In this document: positions 49,477-62,765 of the stretch, in pieces
How positions within the stretch are numbered: position 1 is the stretch's first letter
Layout: the number at the start of each line of letters is the position of its first letter
Assembly: GCA_038496445.1 (NCBI GenBank)
Contig: JALMLS010000027.1
Location: 62,001-126,000, forward strand
DNA from: Trichosphaerium sp. ATCC 40318
Taxonomy: Eukaryota > Protista > Tubulinea
Direction: 5' to 3'
DNA: 64,000 nt
Notes under the pieces: model-generated
Database searches by the model: none
Told to the model about the DNA's origin: nothing
What the model saw: only the letters and a program-made list of their open reading frames with translations
Translations under genes and position numbers: made by a program

Positions 49477-49827
49477 AACATAATTATTTCAAGATAATAA
49501 AGCTGAAGTATTCATATATCATCAAAATCATCGAAAATAAACTATGTTGCTGTTGGTACTATTGTTTAAAAGTTTTATGGAAAGGTCTCGTATCTGTTTG
49601 CCATCATTACATAACACGCGCTAACTTCTATTTATTTATGGAGTTGCACGTGACATTGTATGGAACACGTGTATTTAGCAAAACAGTACACCTGATGACC
49701 ACTCGGACCGATAAACAATTTCAAAGACCAAACCGTTGTATTTATTTGACAAAAATACCATGACAGCGCCTCAGAACGTGCCAACTGGGCTAAATAGTGA
49801 CATATACCTAAAAACGTATGTCTAGTT

Positions 49828-51160
49828 CTACCAACCGGTGCTTTCAGTTCGTGAAACTAACAAGTCATCAAAATACTTGTGTGTCTCTGTACGCTCTGTA
49901 GGTACTACTATCTCCACTATGTCTTCGGCTCTATCAGTCATTGCAAAGAAATGATACTCATTATTTCCTGGAGGTAGTTTGAATCGTGCTATAACAAAAT
50001 CTTAGTTTTTTTTGTAGCCACTTAGCAGTAGAACACCATGCATACATAGTATTCGTTTGATATTGCAAAAAACGTCAAGTTTAACATATTGATGTTTCAG
50101 AAAGAATAGAGTGTGATAGATAAAGTTGTGTTCAAGGAAATAATAGCAGTACCTTGCTCTTTACTATTATGAAAAAATGCAATATTTTTTTCAGCCACGT
50201 TTAGTAATATACCAACACGTGATCCAGTATGATAACCTTCTACTTTAAAAGATGGATCTGTTGGGCTAGCACCACATATTTGAACACCATTTGGGTTTCC
50301 ATAGCGGGTGGTTCGATTAAGGTTATATTTTCTACAAAACAAAAAAAATTAGTTAATAAGTATTTTTAGAGTTTGTTGGTGTACCCGCAATAGTACGCGA
50401 GCATATAATCATCAGATCCTCTTACAAAAGTAATTTCTCTTGTATCAGACTTATTATTTGTTACACCTAGCCACATTTCATCTTGTAGACAAGTCACCTT
50501 TAACCCATTTAAAAAAAACCTCCAATACACAAAAGGTCATTGAAAAATAGTAACAATAGTAAACACAGGCAAGTTTTCTTATAATTTACTCATTTTTTAC
50601 GTACTTTGAACTCGCAATAATGTACGCCACTTTTTATCGCTGGTTTTAATATCGCTATGGACGCATCTGGCCGATCGTGGAGTTTCCTTATTTTTCGAGG
50701 AGTTATCTCCAACTGGTCTGCGTTGACTGTCTCATCAAATGCCAGTTCATTCTAAAGAGTCTCATGTGAGTACTTTAAACACGAAGATAGAAATTGTGTT
50801 CTACTTCTTTGAAACAGGCAAGAAGGGTCTAAAAGATGTTCTACGCACCAAACTTCTGTACCAATCCTTCCAAGAACCGTCACCGGCTTTTTTAGCTACA
50901 AATAAGGTTATTATGAAGAAATGTCAATGTTTTTGGTCTTACAACGGCACCTAGGCTTCCAAATGTCATCGGAGCACGAAACTGTGTTCCAATACGTACA
51001 TACTGCCGAAACGCCTAAAAGTAGCGCCTTATCGCCAATTTGCTCGAAAACATGGAATAGAAGCTCTGGTGGTAAGCCTAGAACGTAAATCAATACAAAC
51101 ACAAAGAAACTATTTGATACCAAGTGTAAACGATTGAAAATAAGACTGCTGCGCTTGCAT
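49828..51160 (-). CDS. F-box protein with a SPRY/B30.2-like C-terminal domain
   Basis: GLPPELLFHVF...VSAVCTYWNTVSCSDDIWK; later DEMWLGV and GYHTGSRVGILLNVAEKNIAFFHNSKEQG (SPRY pattern). Confidence 0.75.
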
Positions 51161-51331
51161 GGTAGCTAACGATAAGAATAGAGAATAACTGTACAGAACT
51201 TAACACTTTCACACCTTAATCTCATTACCAAGGTATGAAAAACAAAAGCTGACGGTGTCACATACATGAATTCAAGACTCTCTTTATATTGTAGCGTTTT
51301 GATGGAATAACAGTACGTTTACAAATAAATG

Positions 51332-53746
51332 CTATTTTTTTTTACTGTTTTCAATTTCACTTAAGATATTCCCGACAGGACCTGCTTGTCCATATTGAGA
51401 TGCGTATGACTCTAAAAAGTTCTTTACCAAGTTGAGATTAATCTCAACACCCTCTTGATCGCCACCAGCAACATTTGAGTCAACACTACCTTCATTTCCA
51501 GCAACATCTGGTTTCGATAATTTTTCAAAACTCTTTGCAATGTTTGTGCTTGATAACTCGTAATCCATTTGAGCCATAACGCGTTGCATCTCTTTTACGT
51601 CATCCTCATCCTCTTGATCAACATCTTGCTGCATATCATAAAAAGATTCATCTTCTTCAGATGACGAGCCAGCTTCATAGTTATTTCCTTCTTGTTCCAT
51701 TTTCTTCAGACCCAAAGCTCTCTTTATCACTTCCTCCATACGTGATGGTTTGAATGACATATTACCTTCTTTAATACCTTGCTCACTAACATATCTTTAA
51801 GCAAACAAAGTACACTCAAAAGGAAAAAGACGTACTCGAAATCTACGCCTTCAAAGTTTGATGCAGAGTCAATAAAACCTTTCATGTCTGTAACCATTGA
51901 ATCAAATATATTGCTCTCGGGCGCTTTCTCACTCTAAAGAAAGAATTAAGGAAACAATGTGGGTAATTTTTTTTGTGTCAGAAAAAAAAACCAAAACATA
52001 AAAAGATGAAAACTTACACTTGTGTTGGACATATCGAATGTGTCAAACTCTTTTTGGCGTTCTGCTATAAGCTTATCAACTTCTTGAGGCGATATGTTCA
52101 TCCAATCTTCCGGTGAATTCTGGAAAAGTGCACATTCTTTGAATTGATTTTTATCAATAGGTTTTTGTAATTCCTTGTCAATAGTTTGTAAAACAGCAAC
52201 TTGCTTATCATCAAAATTGTTAGATCTAATAGTAAAGAATAGTTAGCTTAAATATAATGAAAAACATTGAAAAGACATCACTCACGTGTCCTTCAACCTT
52301 GACAAGTATTTTTCTTTTGCTTTTTTGTCGAGCTCCTTGTACAACTGGGAGCCTTCAATTTCATCCTATATTAGTTTATAAGCACAAACGGTTATATTTG
52401 GTTACCTTTACAACACTGCAATATAGAAAAATAACTATAACATGTTGTGCGTACCCTATAAAAGTTGAGATTTTGTAACTTTGTTTTAAATGTCATCCAC
52501 TTTTTATCGCTCGTAAAATCATGAGTGTCAATACTCACATTCTTTGACACTAGTAGCTTCTTTCCTTGCTGATATAACATTTCAAACCCGCAAGCCTAAT
52601 GAAGTGCATAAGCATTAAACACAAAAAGACCTAGAGAGCAAACCGTACCAACTTTGTTCCCAAATCAATTGCTTTAAAATTAACATTACTAGAAGCTGGA
52701 GCATCAAACACCGCTGGTGCTCGGAATGTTTGTCTATCTACCATAGCATACAAACAACGAGTAAAGCGAACCATTGTCATTACTCTTGTAGAAGGAGCAA
52801 ATGCTTCCATTTTTCTGCAGACCTATCACGTGACAGTTAAAAAAAATAAATTATACAACTAAGTAGTTCACCTTTAGAGTTATTGGATCCCTGTAGTAGA
52901 ATGCCCTCACTGCTGCTGAAATAAGTTGAGGATCTTTCTTTAAAATCTGTGCAACATGGCAAGGTACTTGACATTTCACCCAATGCGTTGAGGCTTCCCA
53001 TGCAGACTGAGGGAAGCTAAACAAAATAAGTCAAAAATCATAAGAAAAAAATAATAAATCGTACTCTTCTATTTTCTTATCAATAGCACTCTCGATACGC
53101 TTGCTTCTTGATGTCTTTCCTGACGTCACCAAGCGTATCGCTTCGTCTATTTTAATATCTACAGGACCCATAATGAGTTCTGTAGGCGTTTGAGGAAGAG
53201 GAATGAGATGGATGTTGCCTTGGTAAATCCAAACCTGTTACACGCGTAAGTACCGATTCTAAAACGCTTGAAACGTACGCGATGAGCGCTATTCGATGGT
53301 TTGATCCACTGAGGCAAGACCAAAGCTGCTTCGATCAGTAGAAATTGACCGTCGCTGTCAGTTATGCTAATAACGACGTCCTTGTATTTTTTTGATATCT
53401 GTAGCAATAAAAAAACTATGTACCATTCATCTTCAATGTTGTCACCAAACTTTGTAGACCCATAAATATGCGTTATGTCGCCTACATAGTATGTTAGATA
53501 CCTCCAAACTACGATGGCATTGCCTTTTCTGTTTTTATTGCTCAAACGCTGTGAATCCCATATTTTGAGTTCGAATGGCTCTTGCTGCCATATATAATCG
53601 CGTATAAACTCGGTTTTAAGGTATTTTAGTACGTCAGAAATGAATTCGTTATATTGAGACGCTGGAAGCGTTGTAGGGTATATATGATAATCAACAACGT
53701 CATTTTGTTGAGGTAGTGGACCAAGAGCAGCGAAGAGGGAAGCCAT
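51332..53746 (-). CDS. ECD: Ecdysoneless / hSGT1 family protein
   Basis: YIWQQEPF, GSTKFGDNIEDEWYIVFLL, DSDGQFLLIEAALVLPQWIKP..S..R, AFYYRDP; C-terminus INLNLVKNFLESYASQYGQAGPVGNIL. Confidence 0.92.
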
Positions 53747-53892
53747 TACAATTTGTTGAAATAACTAAGCCATCTCCAATTAAGCACGTGAAACTTGCAA
53801 CTAGTTTCATCGTTTACTTTGAACTTCTATATCTGTAAAAACGAATCGAGTTACGAAGAACTGTGTTAATCGGGTTAAAGGTAAGGTAAAGT

Positions 53893-55266
53893 TTATTTTT
53901 TGGCTTCCCACTCAACATTGTTCATCTTTGCCAAAGCAAGTTGTAACGCTTGAGTTCCTTTCTTTTCGCAACCCATATCTACAAGGTTTTGATAAAGCGA
54001 TCTAGCAAGTTTCAAACCAGGTAAATTTAAGTCCATGCGTTCAGCTTCTTCAAGAGCAATTGACATATCTTTTACAAAATGTTCAACAAAAAATCCAGGT
54101 TCCTTGTTTTTTAATTAGTCGCAACCAGTGATAAACAAACACATACAAAATCTCCCCTGAGAACACGTGGGCCAAGGTTACTAATAGACCAACTCCCAGC
54201 AGCGCCAGTACTCACCTATACGCCCGAATAAACAAGCAAACATTGAATTAAAGGATTGGACATACGACTTTTATAACCTGCTCTAAATCTAAACCGGCCT
54301 TATAACCATACAACAACCCCTCAGCCATTCCTAAAAGAAAGGTTTACTCGTACATAGTCAATTTAAAATCAAGTTACCTATCATTATGGAACTGATTAGA
54401 ATCTGGTTCACCATCTTTGTATCTTGTCCAGCGCCTATTTAACAAATTATATTTTGCCACACGTGATATTCGCTACCAGCTTTTCCTAGGTGTTCGATAT
54501 TCTTGCCCATAATCTTGAATAAGGGATCGACTGTATCAACAGCTTCTTTATCGCCGCCTACCATTATAGCAAGTGCTGCGTTTCTTGCACCAATGTCACC
54601 TACAACTCAATAGTAAAAATGGCGCTTTGCAGCACGTTTTTTTAACCAATTCGCTTTACCTCCAGAAACTGGTGCATCTATTGCCCACTTGTTCTGTTTA
54701 CGAGCTTCATCGTTTATTTCGCGAGCCAGAGAAGGTTTGGAAGTGGTCATATCGACAATAATACCACCAGAACGGAGGGACTTGGAAAAAAATAAACATT
54801 TAATTACTACACGCTAAGGTGAGCGAGTACGTACTGAGAGGACACCACCCTCGCCCAGAATAACATTTGAAACGTCCTTTGGGTATCCAACTATCGTAAA
54901 CACGATATCACTCTGATCATTAAATAAACCGATACAAATAAGGACAATACCTTTTTGGCAACGCTTGCAGGCGAATCACACCATTTTGCGCCTTTTGCTA
55001 GCAAGTTTTCTGCTTTTGATTTCGTACGGCTGTATACATTACATTCATAGCCAGAAGCAAGTCTAAATGAAATTTAACGGTATTTCTAACGCTAAAACGT
55101 ACAAATGCCCACACATTGATTTTCCCATCACACCCGTACCGATCCAGCCGATTTTAGTGGTTTTAGGATCAGCACGAACTGTGTATTTACGCGACACTTC
55201 ACGCGCCTTTGCTTGAGTACAATACACTCTAGAAATAGCTCTTACTTTAGATATAGCAGTCAACAT
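53893..55266 (-). CDS. 3-hydroxyisobutyrate dehydrogenase-like NAD(P)-dependent beta-hydroxyacid dehydrogenase, probably mitochondrial
   Basis: [77 protein letters not shown]. The N-terminus is basic and presequence-like. Confidence 0.9.
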
Positions 55267-55681
55267 CGCAATTTAACGAAATGTCAAATATTGACTCTAA
55301 AACAGATGACATGGAATCACACGTGTTTAAAAATGTAGAATAAATCTGTTGTTGTGGCTACGCTACAGGCACCGAATACTGAACCTCGTTCCTATCATAG
55401 CGCTTCGATTGTGTCTGTCAATGTCAGTCCATGTTACAATACAGGAATTGGAATATTCTTTCTCAACAATACAGCTTAACAACCAAAAACAAATACTATG
55501 CTAGACAAGCTGTCTAAGCTCTTCACCTTGCGCTCAGGCTCCTACAATCTTAGCTACATCATTTACTCTTACTGATGTGTTGCCCGAGTTTCCGATGCTT
55601 GCACCAGAAAAACTGTAGGTAGAGGTTGTGGGATGATCCTGACTACAAATATTCGATAAGCGTGGTTTTATTAAAGTACAA

Positions 55682-56900
55682 TTAGTCTCTAGGTGGTGGT
55701 GGCCAGGCCAATAGTTCATCAGGTTCCCAGAAAGTACATACATCAAACTTGGTGTAATTCGGCATAGTGAAGCCCTTTGAGGAAACAGTTAGCAATAAGA
55801 AGTGTTTAGAACAAAAATCAATACCATTAAACTTTGAACCCATGCGTTAACAGTCATGATGCCAGCGCTACCACATACCAGTACATTCGATCCAATGTGC
55901 CTATTTGTGTTACTAAATAAAATGAAAACGTATAATAAGCACCTTGTTTCAGGGTTGGCATCACTTTCTATGAAAGACAAGGATTTATGAGTCAGTATAA
56001 GTTCTGGTGTCAATTTCTTGTATATGTCAGCCTTTCCACTTTGGTTCGCATAACTACAATCCAGTAAGACAATCTTTCAAACAAAAAAATGTACCTAAAC
56101 GAGGATTCTTTTTCCTTGCCACTAAAATACTCAACTATCCACGTTCTAGCATAACTAGAAAAAAATGTCAACAATCTTTTTTGTTTTAACTTAGTACCTG
56201 CTGCCAGCACCATAAGGTAATCCTAGCTTGAAGCACATAGCTAACACAGCAACATCAAAGCTCTCTCCAACATCCACATTATTAAATACGACTGTAGAAC
56301 GCTTTGCAAATCCTACAACTTTATCCCAGTTTTCAACAACGTCCATATGATATTTCTCTACTTTAGTGTCTCCAGCAAGGTGGTTCTTGGAGAAAAATTA
56401 CTTTAACACAATACATGGATTTTAGCTACCTTTATATTCTCTGCAGCAGCGTCAACTTTACGTTTACCAACGTCAGCCTTCGAAAAAAGCAGCTGTCTAT
56501 TTAAATTGCTTGTTTCAACTGTGTCGTTGTCTATTAATATTATCGTGTCGATACCTGCACCGAAGTGAGCGTCTTTAAACGAATAAGATGGTTGTACCGA
56601 GACGAGCTAAAGTTAGAGAAACAGAGCAGCCTATTTTTGAGCGTTAATGTCGTCTACACATTGAGGTCGTACCCAAACCGCCCACACCGAGTACAAGTGC
56701 GACTTGTTTGCCGAGTTTCCTTGTAACTTATTTAATTTTACTCTCACAACGTCATGTATACGCACTCTTGGTTCCATTGCTCAATACAGCGTTGCCTATC
56801 GAAAGGGTCCGCCTTGTCCTTGTAATGTCGTCAAAAACAATCCTACAGCGTATCGTACTTCTTTAGGGAGTGGTTTAGTAAAGCTTTTACTTTCTGCCAT
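55682..56900 (-). CDS. ThiF/MoeB/E1-like adenylyltransferase
   Basis: DPFDRQRCIEQWNQ, VALVLGVGGLG, ILIDNDTVETSNLNRQLLF...DVGKRKV; the last exon reads FDVCTFWEPDELLAWPPPPRD*. Confidence 0.82.
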
Positions 56901-57508
56901 ACTATCAACGTAACGCTGTGATTTTTTCTATAATTATGCACAGTGGGTGTCTTTTACGACAAAGAGAGTAATTAACTCTTCTGTTCAATGAAATTTTTTT
57001 TACGTTTTATGTTTGGTTTTACATTTTACAGCTCAACTACGCTTTTCAGTGAGCGAGCAACTTCTTTACACAAACCCAAGTATAGCGCGAATTAGCTTAG
57101 ATCATGTAAGCATGTGAGTCCACCAGCAGTAGGAAAAGGTTGAGAAATTGCGTAAGAGACTAATAAGTAAAGTGCACTGATTTTTCCTATGTATATCCTA
57201 AGAAGTGGAGGACATTGTACACGCTCAATGAATTTCTGCAGAAATTCAAGCATTTTTTCTAAATAATTTAGCAGAGTTGACTTTTCATTATACTCCAGAA
57301 TCCCACGTTCAACAACAACTGTTCAAGTAGCTGTCGCTTTGTTCTCTCTAGACCAACAGCAACAAACACTTGCCACTAAGAGTCGTAAACAGACTCTTTG
57401 TGGGTTGGTGGTACGGAGGTTTAAAACAGAGTCGGCACAATGTAACTGCAACCCCACTATAACCCCTCATTATTTCGAAAGCATTCGAGAGGGTGTTACC
57501 TAAATACC

Positions 57509-58837
57509 ATGGCGCAAACTAGTACTTATGCAAGACTACCTTTTCGCCAATGGCAAACCGCTTTATCCCCTGAAAGAACCTCTTTGGACCTTTCAAACAA
57601 TTATCACGTTCCTGGTACGCCTACGAATTTTTTGTTGCTTCCTCAAGGGCTTACACCACTAGACAACCAGTTTGGACAGATCGCTAATAAATGCCCACAA
57701 TTAACTGAACTTAACCTCGCCTATTGCTCGCAATTATCGCTTGGAACTTTCCAAAAACTTGGTACAGGTGCGTGGCTTTGTTCGAAAAAAAAAAAAACTG
57801 TTTATTTGTTTTGGAATTCAAGAAACTCACCCCAAAATCTTTAGGATGCAAAAATCTTGAAACCCTCGACTTACGTGGGTGTTACCAACTCAGCATGTCT
57901 GAATTTAAAGTAATTGGTGCTTCGTACCCTCATTTGCGCAGTGTGAATTTATCCTACTGTGCTTACACGGACGACTCAGCCTTACAAGTACGTGGTGGTT
58001 AAAACATTTATTGAAAAAAACTTTGCTACAAACTGCACTTTTGTTCCGGCTAAAATAACCGTTCGCTTTGTAAATTTTACTTATGTAATATTAGTACCTA
58101 TACAGCAATCATCTCGAAGAAATATCTCTTGACTATTGCCTACGCATTACCGACGAAACCATCATAAACTTGGCCAAAAAATGTAGTGGTCTGAAGCGCA
58201 TATCTCTTCAAGGCTGCTCACAATTGACTGACAGGGCTCTATTGGGCCTGGCCATGTATAGACCTAAACTCGAAGTTATTAATCTACAAGAGTGTACTGG
58301 CATTTCTGACGCTGCTGTTGAAGCTATCGCATCGCGTTGTCATGCTACGTTAAAATGGTTAAATTTGTCTGATTGCGAACAACTCAAAAACAAATCTATT
58401 GGCGTCTTAGGACACTACTGCAAACGCCTAGAGGTACGTAGTTTTTATTTTCGAAAACCCAAAAGCGGTTATTTATTGTTGTTCTCCTCTCGCTAAACTA
58501 TTATCAGGTACTATTATTGAAGCAAACTAGCTTTACACCTGGCGCAGTACCCTACCTGGTTAAACATTTACCTCGCTTACGAGAACTAAGCCTGGAAGGC
58601 ATGTACCGCTTAGACGATAATGCCATCCAGTCACTTGTTGGTGTGAAAGGATTAGAACGACTTGATCTTTCTTTCCTTCCTGCCCTCAAGTTTACAACCG
58701 TTGCTGGCCTTATGAGGGCCCTACCTAGATTGAACGAAGTCCGCCTATTTGGCAACGATTTTAGTGCCCAGCAACTATACGACCTTCGCGCTCGATTCAA
58801 AAGAACACGCGTAGAACACTTTTATCCAACCGTGTAG
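57509..58837 (+). CDS. Cysteine-containing leucine-rich-repeat protein (AMN1/FBXL-like LRRs, no evident F-box)
   Basis: Repeated LxxLxLxxCxxLTDxxL units (CPQLTELNLAYCSQL, LETLDLRGCYQL, LKRISLQGCSQLTD, LEVINLQECTGISD). Confidence 0.85.
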
Positions 58838-58999
58838 ATTATTTTCACCTCATTAAAAACTGTTACATATTATACCCGCTTGTTATTAGTTTATCAACCA
58901 CTGCCTATTCTTTGTACAAATTTTTTTAACATGTCTTGACGTAGTTTTGTTAAGTGCGACATAAGACGAGCTAGTTTTGTTTAATCAAGTATACTCGCA

Positions 59000-59503
59000 A
59001 TGCTACGCACTATTATTCGCCCACGCGTCGCTGCTGTACAAGCAAAAAGGACCACAGCTAAACAACACGTCCGTTTGTACGCTGAGGAGGTCAAAGAAGA
59101 AGAAGGCTTGAAACTCACTCTCGCCACTCCATACAACCATTTATATAATGAAAAGGTCGTAGAGCGCGTTGTAGCTCCTGGTCGCGATGGTGTATTTGGT
59201 ATTTTGCGCAAACACGTACCTACAATGGAGGCTCTAGTACCTGGGCCAGTAAAGGTTATGGAAAAAGACGGCACTGAAAAGAGGTTCTTTATTGCTGGTG
59301 GCTTTGGCATTGTTCACAAGGACTCCTCGCTTACTATTAGTACCGCAGAGAGCTATGCCGTAGAAGATTTCGACCGCGACAAGGCTGCAGCTCTTCTTTC
59401 ACAATATCAAGACACTTTGTCTAGAGCTCCAACAGACGAAGCCAAAGCAGTAGCACGAGTTCAAGTCAACACATTGCAATCCCTCGTTAACGCTTTGGGT
59501 TAA
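59000..59503 (+). CDS. ATP16: Mitochondrial F1F0 ATP synthase subunit delta
   Basis: Presequence followed by LKLTLATP...V..VVAPGRDGVFGILRKHVPTMEALVPG...FFIAGGF; C-terminal helical hairpin. Single exon. Confidence 0.93.
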   Translation: MLRTIIRPRVAAVQAKRTTAKQHVRLYAEEVKEEEGLKLTLATPYNHLYNEKVVERVVAPGRDGVFGILRKHVPTMEALVPGPVKVMEKDGTEKRFFIAGGFGIVHKDSSLTISTAESYAVEDFDRDKAAALLSQYQDTLSRAPTDEAKAVARVQVNTLQSLVNALG

Positions 59504-59822
59504 ATACACACTGCACAAACGAAAAAAAAAAAACTCGCTATTCAACAAAACCTTCTTTGTAGTCTATACAGAATAGTACGGTTGTATTGTTCACTGACGT
59601 AAGCAAACCTTTGTACCACTTGCTTGCCTCTTAATAAAATGTACGAAACAGAAAAAAGTATGTTATTTCTCAACTAGCGCACCTGAAACAGCAATGGCAT
59701 GTGCTACTGAATGACATGTAGTGCAACTTCAGCGGCCACTTAAGCTTCTGTAATTATCCGCACTTGTAACGAATTACGCCAGAATTTTCGCAACGATTTT
59801 TCATACTAACTTTAAAATACAC

Positions 59823-61857
59823 ATGTTAAAGCTCGTGGTAGTGATACTCTCTGTACTGAGTACGTTGACACTGTACTCCCAAGCTAACAGTGTAAGGTGT
59901 AATATTTAGCGCTCCATCAGCCCCTGTGGCACCCACGGCGCCTATCGCTCCTGTGGCTCCTGTGGCGCCTACGGCACCTATCGCTCCTATGGCGCCCACT
60001 GACGCCCCAAAAGCACCAGTTGCTGTACCTCCTACAACAATGCCTACAACAGAAACGCCTACAACAATAGCCCCAACAATGTCGCCAACAATGGCTCCAA
60101 CTAATAGCACACCTACAACAACATCTCCAACAATGGCCCCAACAGCTCCAACAATGGCACCAACCAATAGCACACCAACAGCACCTACAGTATCGCCTGT
60201 AGCTCCAAAAGCGCCAGTGGCACCAAGTAATAACACCCCAATAGCGCCAAGTGTACCTGTTGGCCCATACGTCATTTCTGGCGTTGACTTTAAACTATGG
60301 TAAGAAAGTAATCATGTGACGGTATTATTTCTCAAAAAAAAATTAGGGATAACGTTTTACGCAAAAATGTAAGACCTGGCAACTCAAAAACTGATTTGGG
60401 TATGTACATAAATTATTAAAGAATTAATGCGTAACAACCAATATAGGCGCTAAAAAATCAATTGAGCTTAATGTTGTAAACTATACGGGCATCAGAGACC
60501 ACCCAGACTTCCCAAAACTTATTGAGGGATTGAAAAACGCAATAGATCCTACAAAACTTGAAGCTCACGGTAAACGTACTGAGTTTTATGCGTTCTGGAT
60601 TAATGTGTACAATATTTTTGCCATTAACATGGTACGTCAAACAGTTCCTACGAATTCGCTTTTCTGCTCTTTCCTTTTTTGCTCTTTTTTTTTTTTGGAT
60701 TGTTGGGGTATTAATTTTGTATTTTAGATTATAAGTCATCCTTGCAAAGAGGATTTATTTGGTTCTTGTGGTCCTCTTGGTTCTATTCGTCAAGTTGGAG
60801 AGCAACAACCTGCTGCGTTCGCAAAAGTTTGGGGCCTCAATGCTGGTAATGTAGGTGGTTCTGATCACACTTTGGATGGTATTGAGGTATTTAGTTTGCA
60901 CAAACTTTGGTTATTGTACTTCTTTAAGAGATGGCTCATTAACATTTAGGGTATGCTCCGTAGTCCACCGGCGGCTCTTAATGCTACAGAAGACTCACGT
61001 CTTCACTCATGCATCGTATGTGCTTCCATCTCTTGTCCTAATTTGAGGTATGTTAGATCTTTTTTTTTTTTGTCAATTTGTCTAACCGTTTTTCTTTCAG
61101 AAACGAAGCCTTTATTCCTTCCACATTGGACGCACAAATGCATGACCAAATGGTTGATTTCTTCAATAATACTGGTAAAGGTTTGGCCTTGGACACGTGC
61201 GTACTTGAAGTTGTTATGTGGCTTTTTCTCGCTGTTATTGTTTAACGCTTACGCAACTACATAGAGGCGCTAATAAAGTCCAATTGTCATCTATTTTCGA
61301 TTGGTTTAAAAACGATTTTAACGACGGCAACGTAGTACGTAATACAGAGTGTATCTAAGCATAGAGTTTTGCGTTTTAAACGATTTTTTTCTTTTCAATT
61401 GAAACGCAATCTAAGATGTTGTAGTTGGGTTGGATTAACGCTGGTGACTTGCTTTTCAACAATGCTACCTTTGTGTGTACGTAACAAAAGACCTAAACGA
61501 AAGAAAACCCAAAAAAGCTTACCCTTTGTTAAGCAAACTCCACAGAACAGTTCTTGCTTAAAAATACAAATATTAAGTATTTCTCATACGACTGGGATGT
61601 CAATGGCAAAACTGACGTACGTGTGTTGATAAAAAAGCATCTTTGAACGTGCAAGAGAAGTTTAAAACCAGCCGGCTGTTCTAATTTTGAGTTCGTAGGA
61701 TCTTTGTGGTAAAAAGAGCAGACCTTGTTTCCCTTGGTGGGCACTATTGATTATCATTGTTCTACTTCTTGCTATCGGATTAACCATAGTTTGTATCGTT
61801 CGCAGACGTAAAAAGAAACAAAAGTATGAGCGTATCAACGATAACGAAGATTATTGA
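59823..61857 (+). CDS. DUF547-domain membrane protein with a signal peptide, a Pro/Thr/Ala-rich stalk and a C-terminal TM helix
   Basis: MLKLVVVILSVL; PTA-rich exon 59926..60303; VVNYTGI, AFWINVYNIFAI, TLDGIE, DSRLHSCIVCASISCPNL, LSSIFDWFKNDF, YFSYDWDVN; TM WWALLIIIVLLLAIGLTIVCIV followed by RRRKK. Confidence 0.85.
59911..60262 (+). repeat. Low-complexity coding repeats (APVAPTAPIAP / PTMAPTNSTPT)
   Basis: Imperfect tandem repeats such as CCTATCGCTCCT and CCAACAATGGC, encoding a mucin-like stalk. Confidence 0.8.
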
Positions 61858-62765
61858 AACTAAAGTAATTAACCTATCCAAAAATTTTCACCAATCATCT
61901 TTTTTTTCCAATAAATAACTATTGATTTTAAACTGGACTACTGCTATTGTTTTTGATTCTTATGGTTACAAATAAGTTTGTTCACGTGGCTCAATACTTT
62001 TTCTGATCGTTGCTCAGCTAATGCAATGCAAGGAAAGCGATAAAATACAGAGTAAAGTTGAAACAAATATTGACAGAACTTGCAAGAGTAAGAAGCAAGA
62101 GATTGTTACTTAGCACAATAGTGAATAATTGCAATTCACTAATTGTTCTTACATTTTTGTGAAAGAGTGTCACCAAAGTACTAGAACCAAAAGGCAAGCG
62201 ATGGGTAAGTGTGTAAAAGCTTCAAGTAACTTTAAGATAATTTTTGTTTTTTTGCTTTTATTTGAAAAAGTGTTCAAAAACTTAACGTGTTTGTAAGAAA
62301 ACGTTGCAAACAGGTTGACAATGGCAGAGCAGGATAAATTAGCAGCATTTGTATTCACTATCCATGACAATAAAGCAACACCACTCTGTGAAGCCTTCAA
62401 CGTTTCAAGTGTAAATTTTTTTTCCACAAATAGCGTAAAGGAGTCCCTGCGATTCTTTGGTAATGATTCCAGGCGTAAACTAAATTCTTAACGATATATT
62501 TAGCAAAAACAGTTGCTGATCGTCTAACAACCAAACCAGATCAACACAAAACAACACTGACACATGAAGGCTATTTTATTAATGTTCTAGTGTCATCAGG
62601 GCTTATACTCATTCTGGTAACCAAAAATGGACTAACACGCTTGGATTTTGGGTGCTTAAGTAAAATTGAACAGGCAGTGAAAACATCGTACGGTGTTACG
62701 CGTAACACATGAGTCTAATTTTCATGACACTATCCAGCGGATACAAAAGTGATCCTACGCAACCC

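Noticed and set aside
59826-60275. Gly/Ala/Val-rich collagen- or silk-like ORF on the - strand
   Set aside because: It is antisense to the Pro/Thr/Ala stalk of the DUF547 gene.
61900-62730. Possible minus-strand gene around ORF 62170..62427
   Set aside because: I could not build a consistent spliced frame or recognise any motif, so it is left unannotated.
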